Shown: positions 1 to 13,085 of the stretch, piece after piece
Layout: the number at the start of each line of letters is the position of its first letter
Numbering within the stretch: the stretch's first letter is position 1
Assembly: GCA_030390025.1 (NCBI GenBank)
Contig: CM059432.1
Span: 137,766,001 to 137,830,000, forward strand
Reading direction: 5' to 3'
Source: Squalus acanthias
Taxonomy: Eukaryota
DNA: 64,000 bases
Translations under genes and position numbers: made by a program
Notes under the pieces: model-generated
The model's database searches: none
Seen by the model: the letters and a program-made list of their open reading frames with translations, nothing else
Told to the model about the DNA's origin: nothing

Positions 1-379
1 TGCCCCCTGAAGTCTATTGAAGGAAAGGGTATGGCATGTATCAGGTTTGTCCCATTGACCCCTGCAGACACAGATTCCCATTCTCAATGATTAAGCAGCA
101 TCCCAAAAGAATTGTGCTATGCTGAAACAACAGTGCTTTGCAACTGAGGCTGTGCACAAACAATAGAATACAAGTTCAAGCCCATCATTTCTTGCATGGC
201 ATTTTCCAATGTCAGCTGCACTGTCTTACAGAGGCACCAAATGAGGACCCGATACAGATCGGCACCGACAAGCCTATAGGAATGTTACCCTTTCTGGGTA
301 GTGGAGATGTGTGGCAAGGCAGACCTTAGAAAGACGAGATAACTTCCCCCCCCCATAAATAAATATAGATCTGTTAGGA

Positions 380-578
380 TTTTATTCATTACCAGCATCA
401 CTAAAACAGATGATCTGGTCATTATCACATGGCTGTGGGAGCTTGCTGTGTGCAAATTGGCTGCCACATTTCCTACTTTACAACAGTGACTACACTTCAA
501 AGTATTTCATTGGCTGTAAGGCGCGTTGGGATGTTCCGAGGTCGTGAAAGGCGCTATATAATTGCAAGTCGTTAGTTT
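380..578 (+). mobile_element. DeuSINE (SacSINE1-like) 3' fragment
   Basis: Core ...cactaaaacagatgatctggtcattatcac...gtgactacacttcaa and L2-type tail ggtcgtgaaaggcgctatataa, matching the full copy at 8660-9142. Confidence 0.8.
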
Positions 579-821
579 CTTTCTAAATGTTGTATGTGCT
601 CCAGCAGCACACCAATGGAATATAGGCTGGTTTAATAGGTTGAAGGGAAACTACATGCTGAGCACAGACATGGAAATGTCGTCAAGACGTTGCAGTAAGG
701 TGGTACTTCAAGGGGTCTCTTACGCCTGGTGGTATAAAGCCCCAGTATCTGTACAACTGCACTTTAGCCTGAAGCTAAATTATAATTAACCACTTACCAC
801 CCCACCTCTAAAAACTACACT

Positions 822-2125
822 TAGAATATAAGAACATAAGAAATAGGAGCAGGAGTAGGCCATTTGGCCCTTCGAGCCTGCTCCGCCATTCAATAAGGTC
901 ATGGCTGATCTTCTACCTCAACTCTACTTTCCTGAACTATCCCCATATCCCTTGATTCCCTTAAATATTCAAAAATCTATCGATCTCTGTCTTGAATATA
1001 CTCAAAGACTGAGCCTCCACAGCCCTCTGGGGTACAGAATTCCAAAGATTCACCACCCTCTGAGTGAAGAAATTTCTCATCTCAGTCCTAAATGGCCCTT
1101 ATTCTGAGACTGTGACCCCTGGTTCTAGACTGCCCAGCCAGGGGGAACATCCTCCCTGCATCTACCCTGTCAAGCCCTGTAAAAATGTTGTATGTTTCAA
1201 TGAGATCACCTCTCATTCTTCTAAACTCTTGAGAATATAGGCCTAGTCTACTCAATCTGTTCTCATAGGACAATCCCCCATCCCAGGAACCAGTCTAGTG
1301 AACCTTCGTTGCACTCCCTTCTACGGCAAGGAGACCAAAACTGTACATAATACTCCAGGTGTGGTCTCACCAGGGCCCTATATAATTGCAGTAAGACGTC
1401 TTTACTCTTATACTCAAATGCTCTTGTAATAAAGGCCAACATACCATTTGCTTTCCTAATTGCTTGCTGTACCTGCATGTTAACTTTCAGTGGTTCGTGT
1501 ACAAGGACACCCAGGTCCCTCTGAACACCAACATTTCCCAATCTCTCACCATTTAAAAAATACTCTGCTTTTCTATTTTTCCTACCAAAGTGGCTAACTT
1601 CACATTTCTCCACATTATATTCCATTTGCCATGTTCTTGCCCACTCAGTTAGCCTGTCTATATCCCCTTGAAGCCTCTTGCATCCTCCTCACAACTTACA
1701 TTTCCACCTAACTTTGTATCATCAGCAAACTTGGATATATTACATTTGGTCCCCTCATCCAAATCATTGATGTAGATTGTGAATAGCTGAGGGCCAAGCA
1801 CTGATCCTTGTGGTACACCACTAGTTACAGCCTGCCAACCCAAAAATGACCCGTTTATTCCTACTCTCTGTTTTCTGTCCGTTAACCAATCCTCAATCCA
1901 TGCTAGTATATTACCCCCAATCCCATGAGCCCTAATTGTGTTTAATAACCTCTTGTGTGGCACCGTATCGAATGCCTTCTGAAAATCCAAATACATATCC
2001 ACTGGTTCCTCCTTATCTATTCTGCTAGTTACAACCTCAAAAAACTCTAATAGATTTGTCAAACATGATTTCCCTTTCATAAATCCATGTTGACTCTGCC
2101 CAATCCTATTATTATTTTCTATGTG
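822..2125 (-). mobile_element. CR1 LINE, 3' part of ORF2 (RT) plus 3' UTR, frameshifted
   Basis: ORFs 1658..2197, 1263..1625 and 1088..1273 give [47 protein letters not shown]; octamer-type tail (taagaaca) at 822-842. Confidence 0.95.
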
Positions 2126-2146
2126 CCCTGCATGGCCTCCATAGAG

Positions 2147-2560
2147 AGAAAGACTTGCATTTCTATAGCGCCTTTTCGCATCTTCAGGACACCCCAAAGC
2201 GCTTTACAGCCAATGAAACACGTTTTTAAATTGTAGTCACTGTTTCAATGTCGGAAACACGGCAGTCAATTTGCGCACAGCATGTTCCCACAAACAGCAA
2301 TGTGATAATGACCAGAGCATCTGTTTTAGTGATAAATATCGGCCAGGACACCAGGGGGAACTCCCCTACTCTTCTTCAAAATATGCTGTGGGATCTTTTA
2401 CGTCCACTTGAGAGGGCAGATGGTTTTACGTCTCATCCGAAAGATGGCACCTTTGACAGTGCAGCACTCCCTCAGTACTGCACTGGAATGTCAGCCTGGA
2501 TTATGTGCTCAACAACCTTCTGACACATAAACGAGAGTGCTATCACTGAGCCATGGCTAA
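2147..2560 (-). mobile_element. DeuSINE (SacSINE1-like), near full length
   Basis: Reverse complement of the 8660-9142 copy, from tail gaaagacttgcatt to the tRNA-like head. Confidence 0.85.
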
Positions 2561-2669
2561 CCATGTGAGGAGTAGGATTGTTGTCTGTGAAGGATGTATA
2601 TCAAAGGATATAGGTGACACCAATTCACCTTACTTGCTTCTCAATTCCACACTTTCCATATACTGTAGA

Positions 2670-2775
2670 AGCATAGTTTCAGAATAAGGGGTTGCCCATT
2701 TAAAACGGAGATGAGGAGGAATTTCTTCTCAGAGGGTTGCGAATCTTTGGAATTCTCTACCCCAAAGAGCTGTCA
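2670..2775 (+). mobile_element. CR1 LINE fragment (ORF2 C-terminus)
   Basis: gcatagtttcagaataagggg...gagatgaggaggaatttcttctctcagaggg matches 11175-11280. Confidence 0.75.
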
Positions 2776-3144
2776 CATGGGCACAGGCAAACCGAGGAAT
2801 TTCTTTCGCACATAAAAGTATTTCCACGAGTTTATTTTGCACATAAAAGTATTTCATCAAGGACCCAAAGTACTGCTGAAGCATAATCTTGTATTGTTTT
2901 GAATGGATTCGGTCACCTGGCAAAATCTGCTGCGTTTTCTCTATCTTCTGATTAAATTTACTTCTTGATAAAACTGATTCGGAGCCTAAAATATAAGGTC
3001 TGTCAGAATGTTATCTGTCAGTCAGGGGGTTTACTGGCACTCTGCAACTTGCTATCACAGGTTACTTTGCATATAAAACCACTTTCAGTTCATAGTCTTT
3101 CAATAACCAGACCATCAAAATGAAATGCCTCCAGGCTCAAATTA

Positions 3145-3565
3145 CATACATAGAATTTACAACACAGAAACAGGCCATTCGGCCCAACACGTCTATGCCG
3201 GTGTTTATGCTCCACATGTGCTCCCTCCCACCTTACTTCAATCGCACCCTATCAGCATATCTTTCGATTGCTTTCTCCCTCATGTGCTTATCTAGCTTCC
3301 CCTTAAATGCACCTATGCTATTTCGCCTCAACTACTCCTTGTGGTAGCAAGTTCCACATTCTAACCACTCACTGGGTAAAAAAGTTTTTCCTGGAATTCC
3401 CTATTGGATTTATTAGTGACTATCTTATATTTATAGCCCCTAGTTTTGGTCTCCCTCACAAGTGGGAACATCTTCTCTACATCTACCCCATCAAATCCCT
3501 TCATAATTTTAAAGACCTCGATCAGGTCACCTCAGTTATTTTTCTAGAAAAAGAGAGCCCCAGTC
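3145..3565 (-). mobile_element. CR1 LINE 3' end (second subfamily)
   Basis: catagaatttacaacacagaaacaggccattcggccc tail; recurs near 23990, 29410, 43925, 63060 and 63850. Confidence 0.8.
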
Positions 3566-3747
3566 TCAAATGCAATATTTGATCATCCTCCCTCATTGTA
3601 AGAAGATATCCCTCCTATAGGACAGTAGGATCCTACCTCGAGTCAGTGCCATGATGCCCAAACACCATTATGTACGCAGCCAATAAGGGGTTACTAGTAT
3701 AACCTTTGGGCTAACACTCCTACCTTTTGAATTACTCACGAGAACTA

Positions 3748-4035
3748 ATGTAATATAGGAAACTCGGCAGCCAATTTGCGCACAGCAAGCTCCCACAAAC
3801 AGCTATGTGATAAATGACCAGATAATCTGTTTTAGTGGTGTTGGTTGAGGGATAAATATTGGCCAGGACACTGGGGATAACTCCCCTGCACGTCTTCAAA
3901 ATAGTGCCATGGAATCTTTTACATCCACCTGTGAGGGCAGACAGGGCCTCAGTGTAACATCTCATCCGAAAGACGGCACCTCCGACAGTGCAGCACTCCC
4001 TCAGTACTGCACTGGGAGTATCAGCCTAGATTATT
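3748..4035 (-). mobile_element. DeuSINE fragment
   Basis: Deu core and cagtgcagcactccctcagtactgcactgg shared with the other copies. Confidence 0.8.
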
Positions 4036-5874
4036 GTCTGAAGGGTGTTCGGTGCAGACTGGGTTGTTTCAGCAATACCATCCCACGACCTGTGAGCTAA
4101 GTCAAAGAGAGTCTCATGCTACTTGACTGAATTACCTACTTGGAACAATTCTGTATAATCTGCCCTTGATTTACCTTGCCTATGGCTTTAGTCAGTGCCA
4201 GGGAACACCCATAGGCAAGGAGTCTAAAACAGTCACCACCAGTTGGTGCCAAAACCATCAAGTATTCAGCATAACTGAAGTCACTGAATCCATGTGCTGC
4301 TGTTATTTCTTCAGCGTCATTCGTGCCAATATGGACCCAGCGATGCCCAACTGAACACATGGGGAATTACTGAGTTTGTTGATCTGGTACTGAATCATAC
4401 AGAAAACACATATGTTTACAAGTGCAGTTTGGGCACTCCATGCAAATTTGGCGATTTGCAGCATCATGTTTGATAAGTAACAAGGATTTTATACTTAAAT
4501 TGTTAGTGCCAGCACTTGTGAAAGGACTCCTGCATTTTGCAAAGTATTAAAAGCCTTTGGCAGATGCTTGTGCAGACATACTGACTCAACTATAAGAGGT
4601 ACTTTATTTTTGATAGGAGCAATGTATTGTGTAGGTCATATCATATTACAGCCAGAGAGAGACACGCCTAGAGTAAAGTCCCAATTCGTGCTTTAGCGCT
4701 CCTGAGCTGATGAAGCCTAAAGAGCTTTTCTTTATTCTGTATGTTTATCCTACATTACGACAGCATAGTATTGTTTTCTGGATGGATGCCTCAGGCTTCT
4801 GAGAACTCTAAAACATAAAACAAAAATCAAAGACAGACCACCTTAGAATGAGAAGTATTTGATGTTCTACTGTGTGTCTAATGTAACTGCTACTATGTGT
4901 GTGTGAGAGAGAGACAGAGACAGAGACAGAAACTCATTACAAAAAATGTTGCTATGTACTAACAAACAGTAAGTGAAAAAACATGCTAAGTTAAGAAATG
5001 CAGGAATAAAAATATGGAACTTCCAAGATGCTGAAGACCTTGCAGATCTCCTGGGATTCCCGGACTGTGCTGTTTCACGGACCACAGAATTACATAGAAT
5101 ATACAGCACAGAAACAGGCTATTCGGTCCAACCAGTCCCTGCCAGGCATAGTTCAAAAACTTGTACCAAAAATAGTGTGCACGTGCACACAGGCATGATC
5201 CCCAAACAGACTCATTGCAGCACCAAGAGTATTACGCTGCAGACATACTGCAAAGGTTCCTTTGGATGAGGTAACCCAACGGTTTGCTTAAGGAAACTGG
5301 ACAGTGCACAAGGTTCCATCACTGATCCTCTCAAACATGATTATAAAAAGAATAATCTAATCTTAGAACAAATAAAAGCAAATGAAAAAGATGGGTAAAT
5401 GTTGCCCCACATTTATTTTCTCCTTTCAGCCAGAAAACATTTAAAAGCACAGGGACTGTTTTGAAGTCTTAACAGAAGGATACTTGTATAATTAAGTGCC
5501 ATTAAGATAAACACAATCTACATCTTTTATAAGTAATTTTTGAAAGCTACTGTATTACAATATGCACTTGGCGTAAATCAGCACTTGGCAACTTTTCATA
5601 TTGGAGTCACTGAAAAATCATTTACTTTTTGGACATCAGAGGATGCTGCTAAGGAAAAAGGTACCAAAATGGGGTTTCCTGATCTATTTATACTGTGGCA
5701 AGAGATGGACATTGAATCTGGACTGCCGGTTGTGAAGACATTATTCCTTAAAGCTAGATATTACTGGAATGAACATTGATGAACTCAGGGGAAAAAGTCT
5801 GCTTCACCCCGCATCATAAAATAGCAATTATGTTTATCCTTTTCTGAATCTGTCCTGTAATATAATGATTTTAA

Positions 5875-6135
5875 ATACAAAAATTTGCATTCATATAGCA
5901 CCTTCAATGTAGAAAATCATCCCAAGGCGCTTCACAGCTGCATAATCAAAAATTGACACCGAGCCGAAGAAGGAGATATTAGGAGTGATGACTAAAAGCT
6001 TGGTCAAAGAGGTGGCTTTTAAGGAGCGTCTTAAGAGGCAAGGGAGGTGGAGAGGTTTTTTTTTGGGGGGGGGAGGAGGGGGGGGGAGGAATTATAGAGC
6101 ATAGAGCCTAAAAGGCCAAAGGCACATCCAACAAA
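5875..6135 (-). mobile_element. L2 LINE 3' end fragment
   Basis: Matches 18811-19060 (cccaaggcgc, aaaagcttggtcaaagaggt, ttttaaggagcgtcttaa). Confidence 0.75.
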
Positions 6136-6140
6136 GTGCT

Positions 6141-7143
6141 TTTCACAACCTCAGGATGTCCCAAAGCGCGTTACAGCCAATGAAGTACTCTTGAAGTGCA
6201 GTCACTGTTGTAATGTTGGAAACACGGCAGCAAATTTGCGCACAGCAAGCTCCCATAAACAGCAGACCAGATAATGAGCTAGAAATTGCAGTCAGAGGCG
6301 TAGCTCCGGGGTACACCTCTGGCCCGCGAAACATTTCCGCACCTCCCTCAAGAGGTCCAAGCTGCGGAGAGTTTTGGTCTCGGGCCTCCAGCCGGACGTC
6401 TGTGTAAAAGGCCCACGGATCCCAGGGATGCAGGCGGTTCAGAAGCGTCCCTCGGATCAAGTGGGCCCGGTCCTCCAATCACAAAGGAGGATTCCATTGC
6501 AGTGATTTACGAAGGGAATCCCCTAATGACTTTGCATTGGAATCCCCAAATAATTTAACAATTTACACAATTATAATAAATATAAATGTACTGAATTCCA
6601 ATTTTATTCATAAGTCCCTTCATTACACCAAATATAATAAAAATTGAATTTGATAAATAATTTTAAACATCTTAATCCAGGCCAATATTTGCATAAACTA
6701 ATTTAAAGTGCATGTGCATGATTTTTGATTTTTAAGTGTTTATTTTAAGGCTTATATATACACAACTTACGCTGATGAAAGCAGTCCCTATGCCTGCTTT
6801 TACCAGCCATAAGAGTTTTGTGGGCAATTGCTGGACAGTTGCTGGGGCAAATAGCCCAACTCTGCGCCAGCGATACTGATTTTACAGTCGGTTCGTATGA
6901 TCTGTCATAGATAGATCGCAAGTTCCGGGTTTCGCACATGCCTTTCAGATGGATTATGACGGCGTACGCTGTCACGGAGACTGCAATTTCTGCCCCAATC
7001 TGTTTTAGTGATGTTGCTGGAGAAATAAATGTTGGTCAGGACACCGGGGAGAACTCCCCTGCTCTTCTTCAACTAGTGCCATGGGATCTTTTACGTCCAC
7101 CCAATGGGGCAGAAGGGACCTCGGTTTAATGTCTCATCTGAAA
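6141..7143 (-). mobile_element. DeuSINE interrupted by a Harbinger-type element (6276-6996)
   Basis: SINE sequence gaccagat-aat|insert|aat-ctgttttagtg resumes in register. Confidence 0.85.
6276..6996. mobile_element. Non-autonomous PIF/Harbinger-type DNA transposon (MITE-like)
   Basis: TIRs gagctagaaattgcagtc / gactgcaatttctgcccc; 3-bp TSD AAT (6273-6275, 6997-6999) fixed by the interrupted SINE. Confidence 0.85.
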
Positions 7144-8659
7144 GAACAACAAAGTTATACCACCCTGCCCCCACTCAGGTTCAGCTGAAGCAAGCAACAG
7201 GGAGATTCATGAAAGCAGTCAGATGCATGTGGAGGCTGGCAGGAGCTGAACAAGACAGCTTTGGAGTTGTAGGAAATTTCAAAACCGTCCAGGATTTGGT
7301 ATCAGACAGGCGCTTTCCGTCATTAGTTTTGAGTCAAAATTGAGACTTTTCACCAACTCTTGGACCTACTTTGCATGCATGAAGTTTCAAGTACCTGCTC
7401 TGCAAAATTAGCTTTCCAGTATTTGTACATCTGCTGAACTTCATTTTAGTGCTCCATTCACATCACTTTAATGGCAACATGGAAATAAAAAAATCCAGTG
7501 TGAATCTGCTAGCACAAAACTGCTCTTAACTTGTTGACAAAAATTTTCATGGGGGGAAATCAGCTCCGGATGTTTAGTGTTTAGTCCCAGAGTCCAGTAT
7601 ACATCAGTCGCGCCATTTATATTGTACTGGCACTAGCCCAGCTCCTCAGGTTGACAAATACACACGTCTGATAGGCCAGTTATACGACACGTTTTATTTC
7701 ACCGCAAAGCTCTTTCAGCAGCTTAAAACGTGCAGCATAACTGAGCCAAGCCAGCCTCAGTTTGGGTATAAGCCTATCTGAAAGTAGTCAGTCTCACAAT
7801 ACTTGGGCTTTACAATCACAACTGGTGTGAAGCAAACTTGTCAAACTGCAAAGTTAAAATCCACTGGACCGCCTGCTAGGAGTAACAGCTGACATCTAAA
7901 TTGAGTGCCAACTGATGATCTGCAGCTGATCAATTTTCTTTTTAACAAAACAGTCAATATATTAAAGTTAAATCTAGCATGCATTCGTCACATACTGCAG
8001 ATGCAAAAGAAAAACCGTAATTGACCTGAAAACTGAAACCTGAACATTTACAATGTGCACAGTTCCTTGACCAAACAACAGTTCAACTGGTAAATGAGCT
8101 CAGGCTTGGGTCAATCAATCAATCAGTTGTTGTGGCCTTGCAGATATACAGGTCAACCATAGCAGCATAATATATTGTGCATTCCATAACATAAAACTCC
8201 TGTCTTGATAAAATAGCATATTATCTGACTTACCATAGGCATATCAACCCATCACCCAACCTGGACTATGCCCTCCTGCCATCTCTTGCGACTGCCACTC
8301 TATTTCTCATCCCCCCCGCCCATAACCAGACCCCAAACCAAATGCTGCCTGCCACTACCACCCCTCCTCACCACAACCAGACCCCTTGCCCTGAGCATCT
8401 GTACCTTTCCCAGTCACTCCTTAATCAATCATATCCTTCCCCCATGAGAAGCATCTATTCCATCAAACCCTTGCTAGCGAGCACCCTCCAAGAAAACCTC
8501 CACTGCCATCACCCTTGTACTGCTAGACCCCAATTACACCCTCCCACCATTGCCACACCCAGAACCCTGCTAGCACCTCTCTCCCACACCCCAGGGAGCC
8601 CCCAGTTCCACTATACCCTTAAACCACGCCCTCAGCCCTACCAGTCCGATTTCTTCAAA

Positions 8660-9142
8660 GTGTCAGCCATCGCTCACTTGGTAGCGCTCTTGCCGAGTCA
8701 GATAGTCATCTGAGTCAGAACGTTGTGGGTTCAAGTCCCACTCCAGAGACTTGACCACAAAAATCGAGCTGACACTCCAGTGCAGTACTGAGGGAGCGCT
8801 GCACTGTCGGAGGCGCAGTCTTTCGGATGAGATGTTAAACCGAGGCCCCGTCTACTCTTACAGGTGGGCATAAAAAGATCCTATGGCACTATTTCGAAGA
8901 AGCACAGGGGAGTTATCCCTGATGTCCTGGTCAATATTTATCCCTCAATCAACATCACTAAAATAAATTACCTGGTCATTGTCACATTGCTGTTTGTGGG
9001 AGCTTGCTGTGCGCAAATTGGCTGCCGCGTTTCCTACATTACAACAGTGACTACACTTCAAAAAGTAATTAATTAGCTGTAAAGTGCTTTGGGACGTTGA
9101 GGTCGTGAAAAGTGCTATATAAATGCAAGTCTTTTTTCTTTT
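8660..9142 (+). mobile_element. DeuSINE (SacSINE1-like), full length, tRNA-derived head
   Basis: A-box-like gctcacttggtagc, B-box ggttcaagtccc (~8728), Deu core, tail gctatataaatgcaagtcttt. Confidence 0.85.
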
Positions 9143-9611
9143 CAGTGCTCCAAAACACCATGCCCCCCCCGCACCCCGAATGTTTCTACATCCTGCAATC
9201 CCCTCCCTATCTCCCTATTCTCATAGACCCTCTCACCATCCAATTCTCCCAAACCCCAGGTCCACCTTCCCAACCCACAAGACTGCACCCGCCCCCAAAA
9301 CCACTATAACCAACTCTAATTCTTTGCTTCCCAAATTGGGGCAAGTTTTGCTAAAATCAAAAATATTTTTACTATATAAAAATTAGGACAAAATTTATTA
9401 TAGAAAATAAGGGCAGAATGCATGACTTTAAAATGGGCAACGGCAACAACAGCATTTCAAAGGATATCCAAATGAACAAAATTCAGAACCAAAGCTACAT
9501 AATGCAATCTGGATAATAGGAGTGGACCACCACCTAATATTGTACTCAGGTTACAAGAGAGCAATTTTTATCCACTTTCAATGAAGTTCTTATTTAGTTC
9601 TTAATATAGTC

Positions 9612-11480
9612 ATGCAGAGTCAGCATGGTTTTATGAAAGGGAAATCATGTTTGACAAATTTGCTGGAGTTCTTTGAGGATGTAATGAGCAGGGTGGATAA
9701 AGGGGAACCAGTAGATGTCGTGTATTTGGATTTCCAGAAGGCATTCGATAAGGTGCCACATAAAAGGTTACTGCACAAGATAAGAGCTCACGGGGTTGGG
9801 GGTAATATATTAGCATGGATAGAGGATTGGCTAACTGACAGAAAACAGAGAGTCGGGATAAATGGGTCATTTTCAGGTTGGCAAACTGTAACTAGTGGGA
9901 TGCCGCAGCCTCAACTATTTACAATCTATATTAATGACTTGGATGAAAATACTGAGTGTAATGTAGCCAAATTTGCTGATGATACAAAGATAGGTGGGAA
10001 AGCAAATTGTGTGGAGGACGCAAAGAATCTCCAAAGGGATATAGATAGGCTAAGTGAGTGGGCAAAAATCTGGCAGATGAAGTATAATATGGGAAAATGC
10101 GAGGTTATCCACTTTGGTAGGAATAATAAAAAAGCAAATTATTATTTAAATGGGGAGATTACAAAATGCTGAGGTACAGAGGGACCTGGGGATCCTTGTA
10201 CATGAACCACAAAAAGTTAGTCTGCAGGTACAGCAAGTAATTAGGAAGGCAAATGGAATGTTGGCCTTTATTGCAAAGGGAATGGAGTATAAAAGTAGCA
10301 AAGTCCTGTTATAACTACTACTTCTTCTTCTTAGGCAGTCCCTCGGAACCGAGGATGACTTGCTTCCACATTAAAAATGAGTTCACAGGTGACTGATGAG
10401 TCCAATGCGGGACCTACAGTCTCTGTCACAGGTGGGGCAGACGGTGGTTGAAGGGGCGGGTGGGTGGGGTGCTTGGGTTGACGTGCGCTCCTTGCGCTTG
10501 GCTTCTGCTTGCTCCCGGCGAAGAGACTCGAGGTGTTCGGCGCCTTCCCGGATGCTTCTCCTCCACTGTAGTAGCCTTGTGCCAAGGATTCCCAGGTGTT
10601 GGTGGGGATGTTACACTTTTTCAAGGAGGCTTTGAGGGTGTCCTTGAAGCGTTTCCTCTGCCCACCTGGGGCTCTCTTGCCGTGCCGAAGCTCCGAGTAG
10701 AGCGCTTGTTTTGGGAGTCTCGTATCGGGCATGCGGACAATGTGACCCGTTCATCGGAGCTGATCGAGCGTGGTCAAAGCTTCGATGCTGGGGATGTTGG
10801 CCAGAGCAAGAACAGCGACGTTGGTGCGCCTATCCTGCCAATGGATTTGCAGGATCTTGGAGGCAGCGTTGGTGGTACCTCTCCAGTGCTTTGAGGTGCC
10901 TGCTGTACTGTACAGGGCGTTAGTGAGACCACTGGAGTACTGCATACAGTTTTGGTCTCCTTATTTAAGGAAGGATATACTTGCATTGGAGGCAGTTCAG
11001 AGAAGGTTCACAAGGTTGATTCCGGAGATGAAGGGGTTGAGCAGGTTGGGCCTATACTCATTGGAGTTTAGAAGAATGAGAGGGGATCTTATTGAAACAT
11101 AAAAGATTCTGAAGGGGCTTGACAGGGTAGATGCAGAGAGGATGTTTCCCCTCATGGTGGAATCTAGAACTAGGGGCCATAATTTCAGAATAAGGGGGCA
11201 CCCATTTAAAATGGAAATGAGGAGGAATTTCTTCTCTCAGAGGGTCGTGAATCTTCGGAATTCTCTTCCCCAGAGAGCTGTGGAGGCTGGGTCATTGAAT
11301 ATAGTTAAGGTGGAGATAGACAGATTTTTGAATGGTAAGGGAGTCAAGGGTTATGGGGAGCAGGCAGGGAAGTGGAGTTGAGGCCAAGATCAGATCAGCC
11401 ATGATCTTATTGAATGGCGGAGCAGGCTCGAGGGGCCAAATGACCTACTCCTACGCATTATGTTCTATGTTCCTTATGTA
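9612..11480 (+). mobile_element. CR1 LINE 3' portion (RT to tail), interrupted by an RTE fragment
   Basis: ORF 9612..10172 has RT motifs; resumes near 10905 with [21 protein letters not shown] 11142..11381; tail tatgttctatgttc. Confidence 0.95.
10320..10905 (-). mobile_element. RTE-clade (BovB-like) LINE 3' fragment nested in CR1
   Basis: MPDTRLPKQALYSELRHGKRAPGGQRKRFKDTLK; (AAG)n tail read as cttcttcttctt at ~10320; closely similar to 37730-38305. Confidence 0.92.
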
Positions 11481-12134
11481 AAAACAGTCTATTCCCCCTA
11501 ATTCTGGTCACCAACGATCAACTTTAAAATAGTTATAGAAGAACCGTGAAACTTTATAAACAAGGTTAAACTGGAGCATTTCAAGATATATTGGCATAGA
11601 TCAGAGAAACAGGAGTATGAAAAATCAGAGTTTATTAAAAGGCTAGTCACTACAAATGTCAAACTCTACACAAATCCCCAGGTTAGTGGGGACATAAAAT
11701 CTCGTCATTCAAGAGGCAGTTCGATGCTGTGGCTAGTCGATTCATAGCTCTACCAACGAGCCGGCACAGGCACGATGGGCTGAATGGCCTCCTTCTGCGT
11801 TGTATCATTCTATGACAAAGGTCACTAACCTCCTAACTACTTCTTTGTGCAGAATATTAAAACAAGCAAAGTTCTCATGTTCACATTGTAAAATCCTGAC
11901 TTGCTTACAGTGTAAACAGTAAAAGCAGCTTGTGTGGTCCTGTGAAAAAGACAAGACTGCAACTCTATTCAGGATTGGTTTAGTTTCCCGAACTCAGCTG
12001 AATCCCTTTGCCTTTTAAATTAACATTCCTCCCATGGAGTCTTCAAATTAGCCGTACACACTGTGGCAACAGTGGTGTGCGACTGTGCAACTCATTTGTT
12101 AGGCACTACCTTTAGCACAGTCTGATTGCATTAC

Positions 12135-12368
12135 TAAAACAAAAGCAAAATACTGCGGATGCTGGCAATCTGAAATAAAGAGAGAAAATGCTGGAAGTAC
12201 TCAGCAGGTCAGGCAGCATCTGTGGAGAGAGAAACAGAGTTAACGTTTCAGGTCGGTGATCCTTCGTTCTGACGAAGGGCCATCGACCTGAAACGTTAAC
12301 TCTGTTTCTCTCTCCACAGATGCTGCCTGACCTGCTGAGTACTTCCAGCATTTTCTCTTTTTATTTCC
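12135..12368. mobile_element. Penelope-derived terminal-repeat palindrome with hammerhead core
   Basis: ~95-bp inverted arms (12172-12267 / 12272-12367) matching the Penelope 3' repeat at 15300-15432; possible TSD attgcat (12125-12131, 12370-12376). Confidence 0.85.
12266..12302 (+). ncRNA. Minimal type I hammerhead ribozyme motif (Penelope type)
   Basis: gtt-CTGACGA-a-gggc-catc-gacct-GAAA-cgtt-aac: core, imperfect stem II, palindromic AACGTT stem III, short stem I gtt/aac. Confidence 0.65.
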
Positions 12369-12677
12369 TATTGCATGAGTCATTTTTGAAGTCTGTAATA
12401 AAAATCAGCTAAATGAGGCCAAGATACATACAGAAACAAAATTGGAAAGGGAGCTGTTGTTGTCTGAGAAAGAGCTTTGGACACTGTTGTTTTGCAAACA
12501 AAAGTAATAGAAAATCTAATCCTCAAGACTGTACATTAGTAATAGGTAGAGGAAGCAGTGTACAGCATGCTCAAAGTATTCTACCTTCAGGAATTGTTCC
12601 TTCAGGTAACTATTCACATGCTACAAGCCCAGTTACATCTGTTCCCTGGTACATCTATTAAAGTAGACTTGTAGAGA

Positions 12678-13085
12678 GCTCCCCGATAGCCCGGTTGGTA
12701 CAGTGCCTTTTTGCAGAACTTAAAACTATACAGACCTGAAAAGTCCAGATTCAACCCCTGCAATTCAATTACCTGATCTCAGCTAGGGCAGAAGTAGGGC
12801 TGCTACAATTGGCCTCAGTACCCTGGGATTGAATTCAGGGGGTGTGTGAAAAGATGGGGGACTGGGAGGAAATCAGCCGCAGATCTTGCATCAGAACCAT
12901 TATCTAATAACCCTTGCTAGAAAGTGCCCTTATTTGAAAATCAGGTATGGACAGAATCAGGCTCAGCTGTGATGCCTCGGAGTTGAATAGCTGACAGTAA
13001 ATGTCTAGGCTCACGGAGACTTGGGTGAGGTTCACCAGTGTGTGGCAACACCTGTGGAACCCAAGTCAGTGCCTTTGAGAAAGAG
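12678..13085 (+). mobile_element. Old SINE-like repeat (unclassified)
   Basis: tRNA-like head; body blocks (ggaaatcagccg, aggctcagctgtgatgcc, cctgtggaa, gtcagtgcctt) recur at 59935-60620. Confidence 0.5.

Noticed and set aside
4040..4400. Possible additional ancient repeat
   Set aside because: No second copy, TIR or TSD seen in the window
8660..8745. tRNA gene-like A/B boxes (also near 27925-27985)
   Set aside because: SINE heads continuous with the SINE body; no cloverleaf
8230..9310. Pro/His-rich ORFs 8342..8713 and 9112..9386
   Set aside because: C-rich low-complexity sequence flanking a SINE; no domain or exon support
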